A stretch of DNA of 62,440 nucleotides, the filler included, from Sphacelaria rigidula (taxonomy: Eukaryota), in the NCBI GenBank assembly GCA_964200075.2. It is 5 parts of 5 records of this genome, joined end to end, with 100 filler letters (N's around TTAATTAATTAA, not from the genome) between each part and the next. Parts side by side here need not be neighbours in the genome. Positions count along the whole stretch, not along the records: positions 25,020 to 37,428 come from CAXNAA020003807.1; 4 more parts are not named here. One strand, 5' to 3'. The notes below the pieces were generated by a model. It saw nothing but the letters and a program-made list of their open reading frames with translations, was not told the DNA's origin and searched no databases. The number at the start of each line of letters is the position of its first letter. The stretch's first letter is position 1. Shown one piece after another: positions 25,720-37,528 of the stretch. A program made the translations under genes and the position numbers.

Positions 25720-26570
25720 CTACGCCACCTTCTGTGGGGTTGTTCCACTGGACTACTTGTAATCGTCTCACACCCACCTTCGCTGCACTGTTACAGGCTG
25801 CCCTTCCGATTTTTGAATCAGTTTTCGGTTTCAAGTTTGCGTTTCAATCAGATATTTCTTGATTGCTTCCTAGTGGTACCCTGCACCTGTACTATAGCTA
25901 TTGCACTTCCTATCGCACATTCGTGATCGAAAAAAAATAATAATCACGTATTGGCTTTCGCTTTTTGCTCTGGGTTCTCCAAATGTATCTCTTTGTAGAC
26001 GCTGTATACGCTTCACACATGTCGCAGGGTATCACCACCGCCTCCTCCCCCACCACGAGAGCTAAGCTGCTCCGCCGTACGCAGAGCCAAACCAAGGGAT
26101 CTTCTAGTTTTTTTGGATCCGATGCTGATTCTTCTTCAGCCTCACGGAAAACCAGTCCCGAGCGCTGCTCGATCCATCGGTTTCGAGAAACTATCCGTGC
26201 AGTTCTCATCGCCCCCCCCCAGCTCCGATTCCGATCATCGCTCGGATTCTCGTACCCTTCCGATCCCTCCTCATCATTCTACCCGTGACCACCCCCCTAC
26301 GACGCTGGTGGCACCCGTCGTACAACACATCCCATTGGACGCAGCCGTCAGCACTGGACTCGCCTTGACACACGCTGTGTCCCACCCCCAACCACGCTGG
26401 TGGCACCCGTGGTCCCAACCCCACCCCCTGCATGTCTCTACAGTCAGCGCGGATCTGGTCGCACAAGCTTCAGTCCAAACCCATCCCGTCGTGCAGGTGT
26501 CACCCACGACCGGACCCCCGACTGTTGGCACTACTACCCGCGCTGCTCCGCCGGTTCACACTACGTCAAC

Positions 26571-26827
26571 GAGCAATGCTATAGTAGGGGCGCACTTTTC
26601 GTGCAAAATCTTGTCTGGTTGAGGGGCTCGTACTGGTTCTAGATGCACAGGAGTATGGGTCAGGGCATCCCCGTTCTAAAACTCAGTCGGGGTATCCCCG
26701 GCACATTGGAATAGTAATCCTGGCGTACTCTCACATATCTTTATATGACGTGTTTTGGATGAGATCAGGGGCTCCTGACAGTTCTAACCGGAGAAAATAT
26801 TTGTGCACCCCTACCGTAGCATCACTC
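26571..26827. mobile_element. 257-bp GAG...CTC MITE, copy 2, with 4-bp TSD CAAC
   Basis: Same TIRs and length as copy 1; removing it plus one TSD fuses ORFs 26113 and 26803 in frame. Confidence 0.9.
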
Positions 26828-28814
26828 CAACATCTGCGGCTCCTTTTCCCGCTACGGCTGGCCATGGTTTGTTGACAAATGATTTGACTGCTGCTTTGCA
26901 CAACACAGAACACCCGTCTTCGGCTCCAGCGGCTGCCTATGGCATAAATCTGGAACCAGCCCCTGTACCAGAGGTTAGTGTAGCCACAGCACTGCAAGGT
27001 ATATGTAACACCTTGCTCCGCTCTCCTTCAGCTTTCGCCGACACGCAAGCAGCCACCAGTGCCTACCCCCGCCAAACCGCGCCCACGGGCACCGGACCTC
27101 GGCTTTCACCCCCACCGGCACGGCCGCTTTCGCCTTGGCACACCACTACCACCTCCACTCGGTCAGTGCACAAGCCTGACGCCAGCTCGAGACAAACCTC
27201 TCGCCCCTCCCGTCTTTCCACCGATTTAAGTACCTCTTCACATAGACGCCCCCCACGCCATGATGCTACGGTACACGCTGGCGCTTTGAGAGACATTTTC
27301 TCGGACCTTCCTTCAGCTCAGATGTCTTCAACTGCGTCTTCTAGTGATCACTCGTCTTACGCTCCCCGACGTTATCATCGACGCGCCCGACCTGACGGTG
27401 ATACACCTACCTACGTGGACGCCGCACTTACTCGTTCTTTACAACGACAACTTGCCGATCTACAGCGCACAGTACAAACAATCGTAGACAACCCCATATC
27501 TCCATCCCCCACCGCAGCCCCCAAAGCCGCACTTTTTGCTGTCCCCGCCCCAGCTCCCGCTGCCACGACCGTCGCGACCGCCACCGTCGCCGACACCGAC
27601 GCCGATAGTGGTCCTCACACTGGCTTCCGGGCCCCTTGTGCACTCGCACCCGCTTCGACCCCCCCTGCATCTATTGTCGAGCCGTCCTACCCTGCGCCTT
27701 CGTCGCAGTAGGACCACCCACAGTTGGGTTCGGAGCACTACCCGCTCAGGCTGCTCCCACGCATTTTCATGACCCATGACCGCGCTGCCCAAGAATACCT
27801 CATACATGATTATGCTGCCCACACACCAGCCATGACGAATGCTTCCGTCAATCTGCAACGCAATACAGATGCAGTGGCGTGTACACTCTCCTCCGAGGAG
27901 TACCACGCTCCACCCCGCAAACTAGAGGACGAGCGCTCACGAGCCTCTTACGCCGGAGCCGCTTCTCGCTCCCAACGCACGCCATCCCCACTCCCCGCTA
28001 CTTCGACCGCCCGCCCCGACACCGGTGACAAAACGTGCCGCTTCTCCATCCACTGCAATGACATCCCTTGGTTCACGCTTTCTGTGTAGACTCTTGCGGG
28101 CAAGTACACCCTCTCGAATCCTTCGCAAAGCTCTCGCGACGCTTGGCTAGCGCCCGTTCGACCTCTCCAGGGCGAAGTAGTTTCCTATCTGGACCATGAC
28201 GGGGCCTGTCCTCCTGATCGTCCCCTTTCGCGGCCAATTAGTCCGCCACATCCAACAACCCACCACCCCTTACGACCTGTCCATTATCGAGCTCTTCGAA
28301 GCACTACGCACCGCCTCCAAGTCCGCCACAGCCCAACTTGATGACGGCTGAATCTCGGTGACACGTCGTCGCCGACGCCACAGGCATGATGTTGCCGACC
28401 ATGAGCGCAATAGCGGCGGCGGTTCTCGCACCCACCACGAAAGTTCAAGCTCCTCCTCTGGCAAGACCCAACCAGACCGTGTGACCCATCCCACCACCGG
28501 TGTGAACAGGACACACCAGAGTGGAGGCTTGTCGAGCTCTTCTTTCATCAAGCCAAGTATTCGGTCTGCCACGAACTCACCCCCGTCGGTTTCTGCCAAC
28601 CCAAGTCGTGCTACACCGCGTCCAGCAGACATTTCGCGTCAGATTTTAGGCCTCTCGGGTGACAACCCGGATGAACCTTTATATTCCACTTAGACTCGCA
28701 CCCTGACTGCCGCTGCCACCGCCCGAGAGCAAGCTACAGCTTGCACAGCAGCAGCCGTCCGTCGCTCGAGCGGAATCTGCCCGTGCCACCGCCATCCAGA
28801 AAGAATACACTAAA

Positions 28815-30341
28815 GTGAATGTGAAAACAAATTGGCATGTTGGAACCATGCCTACAGCAGGCAACGAAGACTCGGGGCAATTCACCTCTGCTCTCATCAC
28901 ATCTATACGTCGTACTGTTCGAAACATTCCTCAGCTAGCAGATTCTACGGGTGCTCAACATTTCGAAAATTCTTACTGGGTTGATGGATGGCAGACGCCT
29001 CGTTACAAAGCTCTGCACCGTGCCATGAACGGCCGCTCGCCCGACACTGCCGCTGCTCTGACACAAGTCCTTGATGGTTTCATGGCCGCTGTAGAGCTAG
29101 ACCGCGCCTCGGGGAAGTCAGGCCTAGGTTTACTCCGTGATGTGGAGCGCCGCTTGACCGGCTACTTCGATCGCAGCACTCAAGGGAGTGCTATACAACG
29201 ACTTTGTTCTGTCGGTCTCGTAAGAGATGTCCCCTTCGCGGACTGCCTCCGAGAATTCAAGCTTTTCGTTTCCGGCAATCTGGGGGTAGGCCGCCAGACT
29301 GGCCCATCGGACGCAATGTGTGAATCATATGTGAGAAATAGTGTGTCCGAGCAGTTCCCGACACTAATGTCGTCGCTGTTTCCAGGTGCTTCAGCACACC
29401 GCAAAGTGACTTATCCCTCTGTGGATGCGATGTGGAGTGCGTTTGAACACCAAGATAATAATTTGACGCCAGCCACTCGCGGCGACAAGTATGCTCCCGG
29501 GCGTTCTCAGTCTGTTTCTGCGTCTCCCTCGACCCCTTCAGGGTCCCGTAGCCGGTCTCACACTTCGCCTCGTTCATCATGGGTGCCTGCCTCAGTCGCC
29601 GGCTCCGTCATGAACGTTGCAAACATGAGGGATCCGTTCCGCGCCAGTTTTGACGGGTGGTCACACTCCACCGACACTTGTGATGTTCACACTGTATCTA
29701 CCTCTGTTTTTACTACAGATGTTCCACACTTGAGGAACCCCCTCCTCTCGTCTGCTGCCAGATATGAGGCCTCCAGCCGCCACGCCTATAGTTGCATCAA
29801 TTGCAACAGCCAAGCGCTTAGTATGCGTGATTGTACTCGTCCTTGTATCAACTCTTTCGACCTTATGAACCCTGAGCTGCAGGATAATGAGCCAGCACGG
29901 CGCCGATGGCAGAAACGCATGCGTGAATACCGCTCACCCAACCGTAGTTCTTGCCGTCCTTCTAACAACCGCGACAACACTCGCTCAAGTCGCGACCATC
30001 GCTCCAACAACTACGACAACTCTGGTTCCCGGCGAAGACAGAGTTCTTCTCACCGTCACCAGAGTTCCGCTGATAGACACCAGCGCACGGGGCCGAATCA
30101 CAGTCACTCGAATCCCAACACCATAAACTTTGGTTCATGTATGACTGATCGTACTGATCCAGGGCATGCCGACGCCGGCGTTTTAACGTCTTCGACGCCG
30201 CCGAAAGCATACATGAAGACTATTTCAACACCAACCGCGGGACGAGTGAAAAACCTTTCTCGCTTAGCCTCCCCGGCGCTATGCAGGAGTACTGATGACG
30301 GCCGCTCATATCGACCCCCGTCTTCACCTCTTCGCACATAG
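28815..30341 (+). pseudogene. Gag-like ORF of Gypsy element (capsid-like region plus degenerate zinc knuckle)
   Basis: PFADCLREFKLFVS, EQFPTL, CINCNSQALSMRDC and RWQKRMREY have counterparts in ORF 54820-55770. Confidence 0.7.
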
Positions 30342-30639
30342 CGTAACAGTTGCGTTGACTCACAACTTAGCTCTACACTCAGCTCTGGACTTGGTCCTTC
30401 AAACCTGAGTGTAAATCTGAAGTGTGGGAACACCAACCACCCGTCTCTGAGGCAAAGGCTTCCCTCGGTGACCTCCAGCACAGGCAGTAGTGTACTTCAC
30501 TCGACTGGTTCAACTTCCGCTGGCTTGAATTTGACCACTTCGGGCCATGTAACACCCACCCAGCTCGAACGACTTCGCTCTTGTTGTTCATTGCACCACG
30601 TGAAGCTACCCCTGAATGGTTCTCACAAGAACCATCCTA

Positions 30640-31460
30640 CTTTCCATTCGGCTATGAGTGCGACGCACGATTTGCAACCGTCTCCATCCAAAGCTCGCCT
30701 TGGTGCGACTGAACTGGATTTCCTGGGGCATTCAATTTCACCGGCGGGTCTACACCCGGAAACCAACAAAGTCAGAGCAACGACTGAATGGCCGATGCCC
30801 ACGAGCATTACTCAGCTCCGCTCATCATTGGATGGAGTGCCCTACTATCGCGAAGTTTTGCCTATCCTGTCTAAACGATTCACTCCATCACGGACTTGCT
30901 TAAAAAAGGCGCCGCGTTTATCTTCACCAAAGACATGGAAGCTATCGTTCGCGATTTTCTGGAAACGCTCACCGAAAAAACGGTCCTTTGGATGCAGTAC
31001 AAGACGGCTATCGCCTCTTTCAACTGCACACAGACGCCAGCACCGACGGGTTCGGCGCGGCCCTGAATCAGCCTCAACTCGATGGCTCTATTCGATCCAT
31101 CCTCTACATCAGTCGCACCACCCTGCTAAACGAGCCCAATTGGAGCCCACTGGAGTTGGAAGTCGGAGTCATCACTTGGGCCATGAAGCGCCTTCGACAA
31201 TATTTGTTCCACGTGCCCTTCCAAATTTACACGGATCACGGAGCACTTGAACAACTCGCCAAGGTTGGCGAACATTATCCGCGTGTGCAACGCCGGTTTG
31301 AGTTCCTGACAGCTCATCAGTGTACTATCAAACACCGCCCAGGCAAAACTAATGGGAAGGCTGACCTTCTCTCCCACCTGCCCCTTTCTTCAACGGCTGT
31401 AGATTTCGGCCCAGCTTGCAGACTAACTGGACACGATGAACCAGGCGTGTACCCTATCCG
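30640..31460 (+). pseudogene. Gypsy RT C-terminus and RNase H fragment
   Basis: LDFLGHSIS, WPMPTSITQLRS, TDAS, TDH, HRPGKTNGKADLLS; frameshifted. Confidence 0.85.
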
Positions 31461-32334
31461 GCGTTTCTCAACGCCCACTTATGCCCTTGACCTTCATTGC
31501 CCAGAGACGGTTATGCACAAGGGCGGCCCTCGCCCCATACCGTATGATGCAGTCTTGGATGGGCTGAAGTCCACAAACGTCGATTTCGTCGATGTCCGCA
31601 CTATCGACCCTCGCGCGAATATGTCAGTTCCGCCACCTCCAGTTGTCCATCTCATTTCCGACAATACGCGCTCTCGGTCTGCCGCCCGCGCCAACCCTCT
31701 CCGCGCCCCGCCGCCACCGACAACACCTACCGCTCCCACAAGCAGCGTAGCACCGGCTCCCCGCAACAGCGCACCACGAGCCTTGACAACACTCGCCACG
31801 CGTAAATCTCACACCAAGCGCCGAGCACGCTCTCCGGCGCGCACTACTTCGACATCGTCGCTCTCCGCAGCACCGTCAGTGCCCACCCGTTCTGATGATC
31901 CCGATGTACACATGGACGTTGGCATCTCCGCCCCGTCGCCTGTTCCACCGCTTCCTGAGCCACCGTGTCTAGTCGGCTCTCCGGCGGAAGGCCAACTGCG
32001 CGAGTTCCTCGCCGGCTACTCACATCGTGATTGGGCTCGTATATAAAGGTGAGCACCGGATAAGAAAATCGAAAAACCGGTTACCGGATAAGAAGGCGTT
32101 ATGTGAACTAAGCTTCGCTAGAGATGAGGCAGTAGACTTACGGGTCCCGAAGAAGAACGTTTTCGTACCCTGCTGCCGAAGGATCTCCAGAGCGAGGCGT
32201 AATTCTCCTTCTTGTCGTTTGGGCCAGGATGTGACCGTGGTCAAGTGTAGGCTAGAAGAACGAGTGAACGAGGTGGTACGGGAGTACCAGCTACGTTCCA
32301 CCAGGGGTCATGCGGTGACCCCATTGTGTTTGGG

Positions 32335-32504
32335 NNNNNNNNNNNNNNNNNNNNNNNNNNNNNNNNNNNNNNNNNNNNNNNNNNNNNNNNNNNNNNNNNN
32401 NNNNNNNNNNNNNNNNNNNNNNNNNNNNNNNNNNNNNNNNNNNNNNNNNNNNNNNNNNNNNNNNNNNNNNNNNNNNNNNNNNNNNNNNNNNNNNNNNNNN
32501 NNNN
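32335..32504. other. Internal assembly gap (170 N)
   Basis: Plain N run without the stop linker. Confidence 0.95.
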
Positions 32505-35300
32505 AGTTTCACAGGTTTGAACGTTTCGAGTTCTCTCATGTGTGTCACTGTCGGGCTCCGTTCCTGTGACTGTTTCTCCAGCTTACATGTGTATATGGAT
32601 GTCATGACGCTCATACATACGTGGTCTCCACATCACCCCTCCTTTTGATGCGCCTTAAGTCTCTCTATTCGAGAGACTGAGGCGATCATTCATGAAGAGG
32701 ATGATAACAACGTGGATTCCTCGTTGTATGTGTGTTATGATACCATTATACTGGCCTGTGTGAGAACGTGTCATATCCTTTATACTGTCGTGTCGAGTAA
32801 AGACAAGACGGTAAATTTTATCGACGTTCGCATCCAGGTTCATGTAATCAGCATACTTGTATCGGGGGTTGGTGACTTGGTCACTTGATCGCGGCAACTG
32901 TGAAACCTGTGTGATCAGTACAGATTGCGATGCCCCTATAGATGCTGATTTATGGGCGATTCAGTTGGAAAAAATGGATTTTCGCATGAGAGTGGGTTGT
33001 CGTCCCGCGTTTTGCTTGGACCTTTAACCCGTGGTGATTACCGTATGATATGGTAATACTTGCGTCTGGGGAAGACAAACATCGAGACAAAAAGATAACG
33101 GTGGCTGTTATTTGCATGTCTCGAGTGGTGCACTTCCAAGATTGCAAAATTTCCACGGCCATCCTCGCCAGCAATACCTCTATTTTGCTGGTAAGAGCTC
33201 AGACCCTTGGGTCGAGTCTCTCTTCACCGCTGATGTCCTTGTGGTCGCGGTGACCACGGCATCAATCCTATTTTGTCTTGGTTTTATACCGAACGCGTCT
33301 GCATGTAGTGGGTAATTTCCCTGCACGTACACGTTTCCGGGCATTGTTCTCTGTGGGAAACTTGGTTTTCGCTGGAACAGTTTTCCTAACCCGTATTATT
33401 TTTCTCGCATTTTGAGACGGCGGGTCTGATGGAGGCGCGCAAATAAGTTTTGCTTGATTCTATACGCGTATGGGATGTTGACATAGGGGCTCCTCGTCCG
33501 CTCGATATTCTAGGTCAGCCGATGGGCCGTAACCTTTGAGTTTGAGGTGGGATTTATAATTGAGGGCACATTTTTGCCCTGGGTTTTGTTCATGTCACAC
33601 CCCTCGTCAACGGTGTAGCATTCGATTTGTTTTGGTTGTGTTGAATCTGGGCGGCTAACCTCTGTAAGAGGCAATATTTTCCCGAAGAAAAAGTCGGCAG
33701 GGCGATTGAAATCGGGTGCCGTTGCTTCCTCCTGTGGAACGTAATTTTTTCGAGTGGGCCGAGTGTACGGACATTTGATTTACGTCGTTGCCCAACTTTA
33801 CTTTGAATACTAGTGGCGATACTTTGGCACAGATATTTGCACGCGTGGTTGCCTAGTTGTCTTCTCTGACTGACCTGCGCATTGCCATAGCGTGTAGAAT
33901 TGAGTGTGCCCGCTCTGAAACTTCGTTGCCATTGAGGTTTGAACGGAGTCATGCGGGTTCTCTCAGTTCGTGGTAGTGTCTGTAGCTGGTGAATCACCCG
34001 GTTCTCAAGCTCTTTGCCTTGAGTGATCAGAGTCAACTTTTCTGGAATATCGAATGTTGTAAAAGCTCTGTCAACCATTATCTGCGCTTTTTTTCGGTTT
34101 CCGGGTGGGGCCCGCTGCTTGCAGCGCCTTGAACATGTCCTCAAATAGAGTCAGGTGGCTTTCCCACGAAGAAGAACACGCGATGAAATCGTCCATGTAC
34201 ACCTGGAGGCCGCTTCCGGCCCAAAGTGGGGGAAAGTGAGAGCCATTACTCGTGAAAAGAGAAATGAGAATGACGCTACTCCGAGTGGGACGCGGCTGAA
34301 TACCCATCTACCTTTACTCGTGACGGAGGCTGTCATCTCCTATTCTTCTTCTGCGAAAGGGGTTGGGTGAAAAGCACTCTGCACATCAAAGACAGAAATT
34401 ATTTTTCTCCCGATACCGTGTCAATGAGGTTTCATGTTAGGCATCGGCCATGACTCACGGACCAGAATTTTGTTGAGTGTAGATCTGTAGTCTACGCAAA
34501 ACCAAAAGTGCTCGATGACCTTCTCTTTCTATTTCGTGTACACATTCGTTGGTTACCTCTTGTGCCCTTGGATTGGCCCTCTATGGCTGTCCGACAACTC
34601 GTTGTGTACCTGCTAGAGTGGCGTTTGTCTTCACTTATCGTGTAGCTTCCTAACTCCCGTCATGAAAACGAAGAGACTGTCCGGTATTTCGTATACAGTT
34701 CGAGGACTTGGGCCTCTGTTCCTGCGAAAAATGTGCGGTTTTGCAGAGAAATGGGATAAAAAGTGCATTGCGCTTCTCATTATCTACCACAGCGATGACG
34801 TATTTACAAGCAATCGGCTGAGGATTTCGTTTCGTACACACACTTGTCGATGACTTGTTGTACCCTTGGGTTGGCCCTGTAGCGTAGTCTGTCGACTCGC
34901 TGTTTAACCTGTTGGAGTGGACACTTAACTTCACTTATCGTTCAGCATCCTAGCCCCTGCGGTGAACACGAAAAAGTTGTCCGGTATCAAGTACACAGGT
35001 TGAGGAGTTTAGTCTATCAGTTCCTGCGACTTGATCCAGCAACTGCACTGCCTGTGTTTGTCTTTTCACTGTTCAAACCTCTCTCTGATGCAAGAGTAAT
35101 GTATCCTAACAGAGTGTTTACGCTCAAGACGAACGTGCCTGCTGGATGGATTGGCGACCTGAACCATAGCCGTCTTATTTACCGTTGACCATGTGCAAAT
35201 TGCGTGCCACGATCAGACGTCTGAAACTGTTGGTATGTCTAACGATTGAACGCCCTGTTCCGTGACTACGCGCGGCTCAATTAACACAGTGAACGTCACT
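32505..35300 (-). mobile_element. Ty3/Gypsy remnant (RT fragment, chromodomain-like tail, PPT, partial 3' LTR)
   Basis: FCVDYRSTLNKIL...WPMP; VPLGV...VYMDDF; LKLKGYGPSADLEY; minus-strand PPT AAAAGGAGGGG (32636-32646) followed by LTR start TGTGGAG at 32632. Confidence 0.75.
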
Positions 35301-37342
35301 TCAGGAGGCTCATCCGAGTCGACATGAAGAGCCATATCAGTTTGCGGAGGAACGACACATTTTTGTTACAGGATAAATAGTGACCCTGTAGAAGAGACTA
35401 TAGAGTGATCCAACTGCGGGTCCTGACACCTTTACCCGCTCGAGGATGAGACACTAAAAACATGGAATAGGACACTGCGCCTGTGATCTCCTTCTGTCCA
35501 GAACCAAAGCAAGCCCCAAATGATCTCTGAGAGCAATATTCGCCACGTGATAATGTACTGCACTCCATCATTGCTGACCACTGAATGCGACACCATCTAC
35601 CCTTCACCAAGGATAACCCACATGCTATACGCAGTGCTCATTGCGTGCCGCTCTTCTGCAAAGCTATAATCGACTCAAGAAGCAAAATGTATGCTTGGTC
35701 TTGGCGTTATGTAAAGAGCTTGTACTAATACGGTAGCCGTTGCATACTGTTGTACAGGGTCCTAGGATGCCTTGCGTACCCGAAGCAACCCATCTAGAGG
35801 CTACCTTCCGCACCTAACCAATGCATAACTTTGTTTCTGCGACATGGTGCCCAGCTCGAGAGAGCAGGAGAGGCAAACGCAACCACTCAACATCAAATAT
35901 ACCTCCGCTGAAGCTACATATGAGCTGTTTAATTTTTGACACTGCGTTCGTCGCTGTGAGAAATGTTGCAAGGCAGGCAGCAGGCAGTGTTGTTTACTAT
36001 CTGTTCAAATGTTCAAACCGTCAGAGGGTGTTGGCTGTGGTGTATTGAGTGATCAAGCAAGGCGCTTCCCGACCTAGCCACCGCAATGCGGTAGTTGTTG
36101 CCGTGCCGTAGTGCATCTAAACTCCGTACGGCGACCTCGGTGTGATGTGCACTGAAGAGCGGGTGAACAGTTGTAATGCTGCATGCTCTGTTTCCGTCCG
36201 CGCGGAATCGAGGTGAGATCAAAATGCGGCAGAATCAAGTTTTCAAATAATCAGGCGACGAGTCTGCAGCTGCCTGGTCGGTCTGCAGTAACAATACTCG
36301 CAGTACCGCAGAAGACACGCAAGGCAGGTGCATGTAGGTTGAGGCAAAAAGATTGACCCAACACGGAGCTGCTGTGTCCTCGGTGATCAGTGGTAGCAGC
36401 TGTCTGCCTCACTGCAGCACAATGTGATGTGTGGGCCCAGTGCCAGATTTTTGCTCATCAACGCCTCAGCAAACTGCCCTACAGGGTCCGCGGATTGTCT
36501 TTTTTATGTTGTTGGCTTCCTTGCATGGTAGACACACCCTAGTTATCCCACATGATTTGGACGTGGCCGCATAGGACATCCTCCTAGCAAACGAAGGCAA
36601 GCAATTACCCTTGACCAGCGGCGGTGGGATCAACACCTCATCCTGTCCCGCCGGCACAGGCCCTGCGGTACCTGTATCTATTACCCGTACAACTCTGTAC
36701 TACTGAATACAGATGATCCGTACAGTACGGATTGTAGCCCAAGACGTGTCCCCGTAGCGATCACACCGTTCTGAGAAACAGCAAATTATTATTCGCACAG
36801 GAGGCTGGCAAGTAATAACCACAAAACTGAGCACTCACACGACTGGCAAGACAAACAGTGAGTGGTGCAACTATATGCTACACGCGTAATACAGGGCAGC
36901 ATGATGAGAACTGTCCGTAAACAATAGATTTTGGGACATCGTTCCGAGGACTTGAAAACTAGAACACTACCCAGGCACATTCAAATCAACTGGTGACTCA
37001 CGCGGACTGAACATAACGGATGCAACCTTTTTTTTGTTCGAGTCAACGAACATATTTTCCCAGGCAGCGGCGACAATCAACTTTCGCATGAAGAGAGACT
37101 CATTACAAACCTCATGTATAATCTATGCATGCTACCCACATGGTGCACACTCAACGAATCCATCAACATGAAATGTTAACCCAAATGTCAAAATACACCA
37201 TACATGCGATGCACAAAATAACAGGAATTGCCGCCGCCATTGAAAAAATTGGTCGTCAGTCCCACAAAGAGAACGGCATATCCGGTTGTACTCTTCCACA
37301 AGCGACCCAACACGCCGTATTTTCCCCACAACCCTCCACGTC

Positions 37343-37428
37343 GTAACTCATTGCAGGCTGCCATCCAACTGCAAGATTATCAGTAGGCTTCGAGCCGAAC
37401 ACTCTTAGCAGGATGCAGCTCACCCTTC
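37343..37428 (+). mobile_element. Family-1 retroposon fragment at contig end
   Basis: Reverse-complement match to ~10090-10175 (gaagggtgagctgca...cagcctccaatgagttac). Confidence 0.85.
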
Positions 37429-37528
37429 NNNNNNNNNNNNNNNNNNNNNNNNNNNNNNNNNNNNNNNNNNNNTTAATTAATTAANNNNNNNNNNNNNNNN
37501 NNNNNNNNNNNNNNNNNNNNNNNNNNNN
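37429..37528. other. Artificial contig linker
   Basis: Same N/TTAATTAATTAA/N structure. Confidence 0.97.

Larger units (their letters stand above)
26019..32043 (+). mobile_element. Degenerate Ty3/Gypsy element with long atypical Gag; protease and most of RT deleted
   Basis: Gag-like ORFs 26113-30341 homologous to 54820-55949; RT C-terminus SPSKARLGATELDFLGHSIS; RNase H LHTDASTDGFGAAL...ELEVG...YTDHGAL; ends YSHRDWARI, matching SASDWAQI in the 50-58 kb element. Confidence 0.85.
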
